A stretch of 28,141 nucleotides of DNA from Fibrobacteria bacterium (GTDB taxonomy: Bacteria; Fibrobacterota; Fibrobacteria; UBA11236): the NCBI GenBank assembly GCA_041746255.1, contig JBGTHM010000113.1, positions 1-28,141 on the forward strand, given 5' to 3'. Made by a program: the position numbers and the translations under genes. Position 1 is the stretch's first letter. Every line of letters starts with the position of its first letter. Of this stretch, positions 18,318-26,653 are shown in pieces. A model generated the notes under the pieces. That model worked only from the letters and a program-made list of their open reading frames with translations, searched no databases and had not been told where the DNA came from.

Positions 18318-19607
18318 TCAGGAAATACCCTTCTCGGAGAGTTTACGCAACTTGAAAATGACCGTGGTGTTGAGCGGATCGATGTCGAAGGCCTTTAACA
18401 ACTGTTCTCGCGCATCGTCATAGAGCTCGAGGCGTTCATAGGCCAGGGAAAGTTGGATGAGTGCGGACACGCTGGAGGGATCCCGCTCCAGCGCATGTTG
18501 CAGGTACCGGATGGCTTCCTTATATTGCCCGTTTCCGTTCATTAATACGCCGATACGATAGTGCGCGGGCCCATGCGGGGGATAAAGTTCCACGGCCTTT
18601 AGGTAACAAGCCATGGCCTCATGTCTGAATTGACGATGGTCGGTGGGTGACTTGCCCTGATAGGTTTTGGATAGCCACAATTCACCCAGATTATACCAGG
18701 TGTTGAAGTCGGTAGGGTTGAGCGCCAAGGCCTTTTCAAACTGTTGTTGGGCCTGCGGGGTTTCTCCGAGATGGTAATGGACGATTCCCAGTTGACCTCG
18801 CGCCTTGGCATTGTCGGGTTCCACCTCCACCAGCCGCTTAAAACGGACCAGTGCATCCAGGAAGTTTCCCTCCAATTGGTTTTTGCGGCCGAGCTGATAA
18901 AGTGCTGGAGGAAAATCGGGCCGGATTCGCAGCAATTTTTCCAGGGCGCCCGGCGAGGGCAGGCCCAGTTCGGCTTCCATTATTCCCAATGCCATGAGGA
19001 GGTCGGGGTTTTCGGGGTTTTTATCCAATGCCAGTCGGATATTCTTCAAAGCTTCGTCTACCCGGCCCTGACGATACTCCGCTGTAACCGCTACCGCCTG
19101 CGCCTTGGAATTGCCTGGGGCCAAAGCCAGACAGTTCTGAGCGGTTTCCCAGGCCCGGGAAAACCTTGCCGCACCCAAATACATCTCCGCGGCCTTTACC
19201 AGAAATTCCGGATTACCCCGGTGCTTAGGCATCAGCCTTTCCATATGCGGAATGGCTTTATCCGATTCCCCTGTCGCCAAAAACATCTCCATCAGGCGCG
19301 CATGGGCTTTCAAATCTTCGGGAGCTACCGTGAATCCGGCGCTAACCGATATGGGCCCTTCGATTTCCTTCGGATCGGCCGAACCTCGCGATAGCTCGGC
19401 TTGCGTAGAGTCAGTAGCCGAGTTTTCTATCGATTCCGACCCATCTCCCGTGAATTGAAAAAAAGCAATGGCCCCTAGAGCCATTGACCATTGCACCAGC
19501 GAAGCCCAAAAAATCCCCATCAGCACCTTGCGGGTCTTTAGCAAACCGACAATCTTCTGCTTCAGAGGTTCTTTCGTAGCGGTTTTTTCTGGAATTTCCG
19601 TCGACAT
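18318..19607 (-). CDS. Membrane-anchored TPR protein
   Basis: N-terminal hydrophobic segment followed by many TPR units (ALYQLG, ARGQLGIVHY, TWYNLG, AHYRIG). ATG at 19607 is preferred; GTG at 19622 is possible. Confidence 0.85.
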   Translation of the reverse strand: MSTEIPEKTATKEPLKQKIVGLLKTRKVLMGIFWASLVQWSMALGAIAFFQFTGDGSESIENSATDSTQAELSRGSADPKEIEGPISVSAGFTVAPEDLKAHARLMEMFLATGESDKAIPHMERLMPKHRGNPEFLVKAAEMYLGAARFSRAWETAQNCLALAPGNSKAQAVAVTAEYRQGRVDEALKNIRLALDKNPENPDLLMALGIMEAELGLPSPGALEKLLRIRPDFPPALYQLGRKNQLEGNFLDALVRFKRLVEVEPDNAKARGQLGIVHYHLGETPQAQQQFEKALALNPTDFNTWYNLGELWLSKTYQGKSPTDHRQFRHEAMACYLKAVELYPPHGPAHYRIGVLMNGNGQYKEAIRYLQHALERDPSSVSALIQLSLAYERLELYDDAREQLLKAFDIDPLNTTVIFKLRKLSEKGIS

Positions 19608-19707
19608 ATTTGCGAAACGCACCTAAGGCCACGCCTTAGGATTTCCTTATTCTGATTTTAGGGGGTGGATGGGGGCGGAGGCAATCCCCAAAAGGGCGAG
19701 ACGCGTG

Positions 19708-20484
19708 TCAGGCGTGTAGGCGGGCGAATTCCTGTTGGCGGTTGATTTCGTAAAGCAGCAGGGCAAGGGCGATGGAGGCATTGTACGAATGGGCTCCAGG
19801 GCCTATGGGAAGGCTCAGGGTGACGGAGCAATTGCGGGCGATATGGGGTGGGATTCCTCTATCCTCTCCACCGATTACGGCGACTACGGGGCCCGTAAAG
19901 GCGTATTCAGCGACGGTTCTTTCCACTCGGCCGTCCAACCCGACTACGGCGAACCCTTCTTCACGAAGTAATTGCAATTCCCTATCCAAGGCATTTACCC
20001 GGCATACGGGAATTTTTTCCAAACTTCCTGCCGCCGCTTTGGCCACCGTGGGAGTGATGCCGGCGCCTCCTTTGGCGGGTAGCATAATTGCGTCAACCCC
20101 CATACCGGCCGAGGTGCGTAAAATCGCGCCCAGGTTACGTGGGTCTTCAATGGCGGCCGGAAGCACGATTAGGGGAGAGCCGCCGTTTTGCGCCGATTCG
20201 ATGAGACGAAGGCGAACTTCTTCCCAGGCATCGAGCGGGCGGCTGTGTTTGAAGGCTAAAACCCCTTGATGAACGCCTTTGAACCACTCGTCCAATTGGG
20301 ATTTGGGCAGTTGCTGAACGCGAATACCCAGTGCCTCGGCATTTTTCTGCATGGTATACAGACGGGGATTGCTATGCCCGAGCGCGAACACGATATGATT
20401 GACCAGTTGGGGGTTTTCTTCCAACAAGGTCTGGACGGCATTGATACCGGCTATCAAGGCATCCGTATCGACTCGGGCTGGCAT
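19708..20484 (-). CDS. rlmB: 23S rRNA Gm2251 methyltransferase (TrmH/SPOUT family)
   Basis: GINAV, HQGV, IEDPRNLGAILRT, KAAAG, IGGEDRGI and SYNASIA. Confidence 0.92.
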   Translation of the reverse strand: MPARVDTDALIAGINAVQTLLEENPQLVNHIVFALGHSNPRLYTMQKNAEALGIRVQQLPKSQLDEWFKGVHQGVLAFKHSRPLDAWEEVRLRLIESAQNGGSPLIVLPAAIEDPRNLGAILRTSAGMGVDAIMLPAKGGAGITPTVAKAAAGSLEKIPVCRVNALDRELQLLREEGFAVVGLDGRVERTVAEYAFTGPVVAVIGGEDRGIPPHIARNCSVTLSLPIGPGAHSYNASIALALLLYEINRQQEFARLHA

Positions 20485-20485
20485 A

Positions 20486-21646
20486 TCAAATCTCCGCTTG
20501 GGGATGTTTATTACGACGGGCGGTCACCTGGGCCTTGAATTCTTCAAAGAGGTAATGGGAATCCTTGGGACCCGGAGAGGCTTCGGGATGGTATTGCACG
20601 GAGAATACGGGAAATTCCCGATGCCGCAATCCGGCCACGGTTTTATCGTTGAGATTGATGTGGGTTATCTCGACCGTCTTTTTATCCAGGCTGTCGGGAT
20701 CCACGGCGAAGCCATGGTTTTGTGAGGTTATTTCCACTTTGCCGGTGCGTAGGTCCTGCACGGGATGGTTGGCCCCGCGATGCCCGAATTTAAGCTTATA
20801 GGTTTTTCCGCCCAAGGCTCGAGCGATTATCTGATGGCCCAGGCAAATTCCGAACATGGGGCGATAACCGAATAGATCGCGGGCCGTGTTGACGGCATAG
20901 TCGAGAACAGCGGGATCGCCCGGCCCATTCGACAAAAAGACGCCGTCCGGGTTGAGGGCTTTGATATCGGCGGCTGTAGCCGTAGCGGGGAATCTTACCA
21001 CCCTGGCGCCCAGGCTTCTCAGCTTACGCAGGATATTGTATTTGGCGCCGAAATCGATGGCTGCTATCAGCAATTCGCGCCCGTTGTCTTCCATGGGACG
21101 AAAGCAGAGCTCATGTTCGATTTGTTCCCAGTCGCTTTGATTCTCTACACTGACTTCCGCCACGAAATCGGTTTCATCAAGCGACGGGACCTTTTTCACT
21201 CTTTCGCGCAATTCGGTCAAATCGTATTCCCCGACCACGATAATTCCGTTCATCGCTCCTTTTTCACGGAGAATGCGAACCAGTTTGCGGGTATCTATAC
21301 CCTGGATTCCGGGTATGTTGTTGTGTTGTAAATATTGTGAAAGTGTTTGCAATCGATTGCCGTCACTTTTGCCTCGCCAATTGGAGGGGTTTTCGCAGCA
21401 ATTTTTAACTACTAATCCGCGGACCTGGATGCCTTTGGATTCGACATCATCCAGATTGATTCCGTAATTGCCGATTTCGGGATAAGTAAGGGTGACGATT
21501 TGACCGGCATACGAAGGGTCGGTCAGAATTTCCTGGTACCCGGTCATCGAAGTATTGAAACAGACTTCCCCCTGGCAATGAGTTTGCGCCCCGAATCCGA
21601 TTCCCTCGAAAAAAGTGCCATCTTCGAGCATTAAGACGGCTTTCAT
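20486..21646 (-). CDS. carA: Carbamoyl-phosphate synthase small subunit
   Basis: GEVCFNTSMTGYQEILTDPSY, LSNGPGDP, GICLGHQ and QYHPEASPGP. Confidence 0.98.
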   Translation of the reverse strand: MKAVLMLEDGTFFEGIGFGAQTHCQGEVCFNTSMTGYQEILTDPSYAGQIVTLTYPEIGNYGINLDDVESKGIQVRGLVVKNCCENPSNWRGKSDGNRLQTLSQYLQHNNIPGIQGIDTRKLVRILREKGAMNGIIVVGEYDLTELRERVKKVPSLDETDFVAEVSVENQSDWEQIEHELCFRPMEDNGRELLIAAIDFGAKYNILRKLRSLGARVVRFPATATAADIKALNPDGVFLSNGPGDPAVLDYAVNTARDLFGYRPMFGICLGHQIIARALGGKTYKLKFGHRGANHPVQDLRTGKVEITSQNHGFAVDPDSLDKKTVEITHINLNDKTVAGLRHREFPVFSVQYHPEASPGPKDSHYLFEEFKAQVTARRNKHPQAEI

Positions 21647-22509
21647 ACCTGATTCTCCTTATTTTCCGCCTTTAACACTCCTTGTTCCGAAATGATAAAG
21701 TCCATTTTCTGGTCGTGAGGCTGCAAAGGTAAATTAAATTCGGTTACCTGCACCGCGAAGCAAAGCGCAGCGCGGATTCCCGGCATTCGGTTTAAGAGCC
21801 GGTCGTAAAATCCCATTCCCTTGCCGATACGGCCGCCCTGGGTGTCGAATACCAGGCCAGGGACTAAGTGTAAATCGGGCACGAATTGCCGGTTTTCGAC
21901 CGCGACGCGGAGATCGGCTCGTGGCTCCCGAATACCGTAGCGTCCCTCCACCAAGTCCGCGTCAAAATTCTCAACCGGTGCCAAGCCCGGCGTAAAGTCA
22001 ATGGGTAGGGGCGGAGATTCCGGTTCGCGGCTGACGGAGTTGGCGGGTTCCGCAGGGTACGGGTGCTCAGCAGGAATAAAGGGCACGAGTAGAACCTTTT
22101 CGTCCGCCAATATCTTTCGGGCGATGGCTTCCGTGTCGATTTCTCCGTCTATACCTATAAAACAACTTACCACTCGGGCATTCTGATAAGGCTCCCAATT
22201 GGAAAGGGCCGTAAGAATGGCGCGAGAGCTTTGGGCCCTTTCCATCGAAGGAATGCGATGGATGTGGTCCCGGAATTTACTGCGTAAATCACTCGGATTA
22301 TCCACGGCGGTTTCCTTGAGTTCCCGGTTCTCCTGCTCCAAAATCAATTCATCCAAGCGGTTACGCATATTATGTTGAAAGTTCATGGCTTTACGTTTGT
22401 ATTTCTTGGCTTCCCGAATAAAATGCCCGACTTTTTTCGGTTCGACAAGCAGCAGAATCAGCACGGCGATTATGCCCAATTCTCCCAAGCCCAAGGAATC
22501 GAAAATCAT
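21643..22509 (-). CDS. Fusion of an N-terminal TatB/TatA-like segment with 5-formyltetrahydrofolate cyclo-ligase
   Basis: Residues 1-~60 are MIFDSLGLGELGIIAVLILLLVEP plus an amphipathic helix. Residues ~70-288 carry GEIDT, GRYGIREP, VPGLVFD..GGRIGKGMGFYDRLL and PHDQKMDFIISE. ATGA overlaps with tatC upstream and carA downstream. Confidence 0.85.
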   Translation of the reverse strand: MIFDSLGLGELGIIAVLILLLVEPKKVGHFIREAKKYKRKAMNFQHNMRNRLDELILEQENRELKETAVDNPSDLRSKFRDHIHRIPSMERAQSSRAILTALSNWEPYQNARVVSCFIGIDGEIDTEAIARKILADEKVLLVPFIPAEHPYPAEPANSVSREPESPPLPIDFTPGLAPVENFDADLVEGRYGIREPRADLRVAVENRQFVPDLHLVPGLVFDTQGGRIGKGMGFYDRLLNRMPGIRAALCFAVQVTEFNLPLQPHDQKMDFIISEQGVLKAENKENQV

Positions 22510-23279
22510 GCTTTGGCTTCCTGCTTAGCGGGTTTTTTTGCGGGTTGGGAATCCTTGTCGCCCCGGTAGGCCAAGGCACAAACGCCAATGGAAACGAAAT
22601 ATAAAAAGCACATGGGGATAGCCATCAGTAATTGTGAGACGGGATCGGGTCCCGGGGTGAGAACCGCCGCTATAATGAAAATCAGGATGATGGCATAACG
22701 GAAAAAGGACCACATTGCGCGAGGAGTCACGAGTTCCAAGCGGCCGAGTACAAAGGCGATAACCGGCAGTTCGAAAATCACTCCGAAAGCCAAGAGGAAT
22801 TGGCCGGTAAAGGCAGCATAATCCGATTGCTTCCAATGCTGTTCTACGGCGCCTTCCATATAGGTGGCCAAAAAGCCCAAACCGGCGGGTAGTACCACGA
22901 AATAACAGAAGGCCGCTCCAATGGCGAACATCACGACGGAGCCACTGAAAGCGGTAAGAAAAAGTTTTTTTTCGCGTTCGAAAAAAGCCGGTCCAAAAAA
23001 CAGCCAGGCTTGCCACATCACCCACGGAAAGCCGAGCAATATACCGGAGATTACCGATATTTTTACACTCACCAATAATGTTTCGAGGGGGGAGATGGCG
23101 ATTAGATTCACCGCCAGGTTTTGCTTGCCCAAGGGGTAGACAAGTATGGCCCAGATTTTTTCCCATTGGGAATAGGCGAGCAGGGACGTAATGACCACCC
23201 CCACTATGGCTTTTATCAGCCGGGAGCGAAGCTCGTCGAGATGGTCCCAGAAATTCTGTTGTGTATCCAATGGATTCAA
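22506..23279 (-). CDS. tatC: Twin-arginine translocase subunit TatC
   Basis: DHLDELRSRL, WQAWLFFGPAFFEREKK, FGVIFELPV and AAVLTPGPDPVSQ. Multi-TM. Confidence 0.96.
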   Translation of the reverse strand: MNPLDTQQNFWDHLDELRSRLIKAIVGVVITSLLAYSQWEKIWAILVYPLGKQNLAVNLIAISPLETLLVSVKISVISGILLGFPWVMWQAWLFFGPAFFEREKKLFLTAFSGSVVMFAIGAAFCYFVVLPAGLGFLATYMEGAVEQHWKQSDYAAFTGQFLLAFGVIFELPVIAFVLGRLELVTPRAMWSFFRYAIILIFIIAAVLTPGPDPVSQLLMAIPMCFLYFVSIGVCALAYRGDKDSQPAKKPAKQEAKA

Positions 23280-23318
23280 GGGTGGACGGACCGGATGGTC
23301 CCGGCCAAATTATAGCGC

Positions 23319-23528
23319 TTAGGCGCGATCTTTTTTTCCGATTTCGGGAGAGGATTTCGTGTCGGAAACGACTTTGCCTTCTTCCACTTCGCTCTTTCCT
23401 TCAAGAGAAGCTTTGAAATCCCGGATTCCTTTTCCCAATCCTTTGGCAATTTCAGGAATTTTTCGTCCCCCGAAGAGCAGAATAACGATAAGAAAGATGA
23501 TGATAAGTTCGGTGGGCCCAACTGGCAT
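23319..23528 (-). CDS. tatA: Twin-arginine translocase subunit TatA
   Basis: GPTELIIIFLIVILLFGGRKIPEIAKGLGKGIRDFK. ATG at 23528 with GGAGGT RBS. Confidence 0.95.
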   Translation of the reverse strand: MPVGPTELIIIFLIVILLFGGRKIPEIAKGLGKGIRDFKASLEGKSEVEEGKVVSDTKSSPEIGKKDRA

Positions 23529-23565
23529 ACTACCTCCGGACAAGAAAATGTTTAGAACTACTTCT

Positions 23566-23574
23566 AATATAGCA
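23566..23574 (-). promoter_or_regulatory. Putative extended -10 promoter of the tat operon
   Basis: TGcTATATT on the minus strand, about 40 nt upstream of the tatA start. Confidence 0.4.
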
Positions 23575-23666
23575 CAATACCGACATCAGAGTGGTTTCTC
23601 TACCTCTTAGCGGACAAGTTTCGGTTGTCTATTTTGGCAAAGTGAGGAGATACCTGCAACCCTGCC

Positions 23667-24836
23667 TTAATTTAGTGGATTGCTCTCGCTTTTCGCGGTG
23701 TTATGCATTTCTACCCAAGCTTCCAAAAGCAGGGCTTCTTGCCATTGCATCATCCCAGCCGAAGACTTGATTTGGGAGAGGCTTTTCAAGCCGGTTTGAG
23801 CGACGGCAATCAGGATGGACTTGGGAGCCAGTAGGGAGGGGTCCAGTTGCAATTCGGTGGCGATACGGTCGCGAACCGTTTTTAGATTGGCAAGAACTCG
23901 GGAGTCGGGAATTTTGGGAGGCTTTCGCACGCTTTTTAATTTTTCCGGCCAAAGAGAGGCGGGAAGTTCCAGGCTTCTCTGGAAATTCTCCATGATCTGC
24001 CGTTTGAATTCCGGGTCCAACCGACCGGGTAAACCGGGAATTTGCTCCGGTTCCCCTTCCGGCGGCGCCACTTGAGCCAGTCGCATCAATAAATCGGTGG
24101 GCAAAATTCGATAAGGCGGCAGATCAAGCCGCTGTGCGGTGGCCTCCCGCCATTCCCATAGATTTTTCAAAACCGCCAATTGACGGGGCAATAAGCGAAA
24201 TGAACCCTCAACTCTCCAAAGGTTTTCTTTGTCGATTTCCTTGGATTTGGCTGTGTTCTCAATCAGCATGCGACAGGATTCCGCATGCCAGTTCAGGCGG
24301 CTTTTGAGATTCAATGCGGCCGTCATTTCGATATGTAATTTGGGGAGGAAAAACGTATCCTGTGCCGCATAGGCCAACATCTCAGGGGATAACGGTCTTC
24401 TGGACCAATTGGCTTTTTGGTGCTCTTTATCGAGGGTGATGCCGCAATAATGGTTTACCAGTGCGGCGAGGCCGATGGAGTTGAGGCCGAGCAATTGCGC
24501 GGCGAGCATGGTGTCAAAGATTTCGCGGGGGCGAAACCCGAAGAGTTGGTAAAGCATGCGTAAATCATAGTCCCCGCCATGAACCACCAGTTTTTTATCG
24601 GTCAAAGCCTCAAGCATTTCCGGTACGGGAATATCCGCCAGCGTATCCACCAGGTAACAGGTGTCACCAGCCAGAAGCTGCACCAGGCAAACTTTGGCGT
24701 AGTAGTGATACATGGAATCGGCTTCGAGATCGAGAAAGACGGTTTCGACGTCGCCCAGTTTTTCCAGCATGCGCCGGAATTCATTTATCTCATGGACATA
24801 AATGACATGATAGGGATTAGGTTTGGTTTCAGTCAT
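23667..24836 (-). CDS. rnd: Ribonuclease D
   Basis: DEDDy motifs FLDLEADS, HGGDYDL, FDTMLAAQ, NWSRRPL and YAAQD. HRDC region WREATAQRLDLPPYRIL. Confidence 0.92.
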   Translation of the reverse strand: MTETKPNPYHVIYVHEINEFRRMLEKLGDVETVFLDLEADSMYHYYAKVCLVQLLAGDTCYLVDTLADIPVPEMLEALTDKKLVVHGGDYDLRMLYQLFGFRPREIFDTMLAAQLLGLNSIGLAALVNHYCGITLDKEHQKANWSRRPLSPEMLAYAAQDTFFLPKLHIEMTAALNLKSRLNWHAESCRMLIENTAKSKEIDKENLWRVEGSFRLLPRQLAVLKNLWEWREATAQRLDLPPYRILPTDLLMRLAQVAPPEGEPEQIPGLPGRLDPEFKRQIMENFQRSLELPASLWPEKLKSVRKPPKIPDSRVLANLKTVRDRIATELQLDPSLLAPKSILIAVAQTGLKSLSQIKSSAGMMQWQEALLLEAWVEMHNTAKSESNPLN

Positions 24837-24974
24837 GAAAAAATTGATTACCAGTAAAGGGTTCGGACCGGGTCGAATGCGAAACGTGGGACGTTGCCCG
24901 CTAATGTATTAAATTTAACGAAATTCTTCCCATTCACCGGGTTGCAGTAACCCCCCTTTCCGGAGGCTGAACGT

Positions 24975-25970
24975 ATGAAATCGAGGGCCTTGACGGGTAT
25001 TAAGCCCACCGGCGACCCCCACCTGGGAAATTGGCTGGGAGCGATTCGCCCCGCCCTGTCTTTGTCCGGTGATTATCAAACCTTCTATTTCATCGCGGAT
25101 TATCACGCCTTGACCGCGGTCCACGTCGCTACGGAGCTGCGCGAGCATACATATGCCATCGCAGCCACCTACTTGGCCTTTGGATTGGATCCTCAAAAAT
25201 CCGTTTTCTACCGCCAAAGCGACGTGCCGGAAATTTTCGAATTGGCGTGGGTCCTCGCCTGTTTCACGCCGAAGGGATTCATGAACCGGGCCCATGCCTA
25301 TAAGGACAGAGTCGGAAAGAATTCGGAAGAAGGCCGCGACCCTGATCAAAACGTGAATATGGGTCTGTATTCCTACCCGGTTTTGATGTCGGCCGACATC
25401 TTGATGTTCAAGGCCGATTTGGTGCCGGTGGGACAAGATCAAAAACAGCATGTGGAATTCGCCCGGGATATAGCCGAACGCTTCAACCATAATTATGGGT
25501 CACCAATCTTTACGCTTCCGGAACCCCGTATCGCCGAGGAGGTGCGGACCGTGGTGGGCCTGGATGGGCGAAAAATGAGCAAGAGTTACGGGAACACCAT
25601 TCCTTTGTTCCTGGAAGGAAAAGCCCTGCAGAAAAAGGTGAATCAAATCGTCACCAATTCCCAATCCCCCGACGAACCCAAAGACGCGGACGCCAGTCCC
25701 GTTTTTTCCCTGCATCGTTTGCTGCTGAATGAAGCTGAGGAACAAGTCGTGCGGGAGAAATACCGGGCCGGAGGCATGGGTTGGGGGCAGGCCAAAAAGG
25801 ATTTGGCGGAAACTTTGAATGAACATTTGCGGGGTCCCCGCGAAGAGTATTTTAAACTGATGGGCGATAAAGGCCATATCGACAAAGTCTTGCGCGAAGG
25901 CGCGCAAAAGGCCCGTGCCGAGGCGACGCCCTATTTGGAGAACATCAGGCGCGCGGTGGGAATACGCTAA
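24975..25970 (+). CDS. trpS: Tryptophan--tRNA ligase
   Basis: TGIKPTGDPHLGN (HIGH), YPVLMSADIL, VPVGQDQKQH and KMSKS. Confidence 0.97.
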   Translation: MKSRALTGIKPTGDPHLGNWLGAIRPALSLSGDYQTFYFIADYHALTAVHVATELREHTYAIAATYLAFGLDPQKSVFYRQSDVPEIFELAWVLACFTPKGFMNRAHAYKDRVGKNSEEGRDPDQNVNMGLYSYPVLMSADILMFKADLVPVGQDQKQHVEFARDIAERFNHNYGSPIFTLPEPRIAEEVRTVVGLDGRKMSKSYGNTIPLFLEGKALQKKVNQIVTNSQSPDEPKDADASPVFSLHRLLLNEAEEQVVREKYRAGGMGWGQAKKDLAETLNEHLRGPREEYFKLMGDKGHIDKVLREGAQKARAEATPYLENIRRAVGIR

Positions 25971-25988
25971 ACGAGAGGAAGGAAACAA

Positions 25989-26615
25989 ATGAACCTTACA
26001 TTGAAACCCGGGGCCAAGGCCATTGATTTTGAATTGCCGGGAAGTGACGGCAACAAATATTCCTATTACGGATTGCCTTCCGTGCGGGGAGATAAAGGAA
26101 CGGTGGTTTTTTTCACCTGTAACCATTGTCCTTACGTTGTGGGAAGTGAAGACAGGATGAAAGCCTTTTTCGAGAAATGCGCCGCGCAGGGGGTATCCAT
26201 GGTCGCGATTCATTCAAACGAAACCAAGGACCATCCCGAAGACGGGTTCGAACAGGTCAAGGAGCGCATGGAGGAGAAAGGGTTCAAATGGTTGTCATTG
26301 CATGATGAAAACCAACTCGTGGCGCGGGCTTATGGAGCGGATCGCACCCCGCATTATTATCTGTTCGACTCTAATGACATCCTGGTATATACCGGCCGTA
26401 TGGACAATAGCCCGCGCGACGCCTCCAAAGCGGAAACCCATGAGCTGGAAGACGCGCTGGACGATATGGTAGCCGGGCGCCCGGTTCGGCTAGCGGCCAC
26501 CGACGCCATTGGTTGCAATATCAAGTGGTGGGACAAAGAAAAACATTGGATGCCGGCGGATTTCTGCGATCTCGATTATCTCTATGAACGCACCAAGCAG
26601 CCTGGCGAGTCGTAA
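25989..26615 (+). CDS. Thioredoxin-fold / AhpC-TSA (PRX-like) protein
   Basis: FFTCNHCPYV, HPED, ARAYGADRTP, YTGRMDN and AIGCNIKW. RBS GGAAGGA. Confidence 0.9.
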   Translation: MNLTLKPGAKAIDFELPGSDGNKYSYYGLPSVRGDKGTVVFFTCNHCPYVVGSEDRMKAFFEKCAAQGVSMVAIHSNETKDHPEDGFEQVKERMEEKGFKWLSLHDENQLVARAYGADRTPHYYLFDSNDILVYTGRMDNSPRDASKAETHELEDALDDMVAGRPVRLAATDAIGCNIKWWDKEKHWMPADFCDLDYLYERTKQPGES

Positions 26616-26653
26616 TGGGTGGATTTGATCACAGGTTGTGAGGGTAGGCCGTA

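Noticed and set aside
23276..23521. 81-aa alternative-frame ORF over tatA as a hidden tatB
   Set aside because: It has no TM helix or Tat motif and is an out-of-frame reading of tatA.
24837..24974. Possible T-box or attenuator upstream of trpS
   Set aside because: There is no GGTGGNACC T-box motif and no Trp-rich leader peptide, and the region is short.
24915..26213. 191-aa and 237-aa minus-strand ORFs
   Set aside because: They are antisense shadows of trpS and the thioredoxin-like gene.
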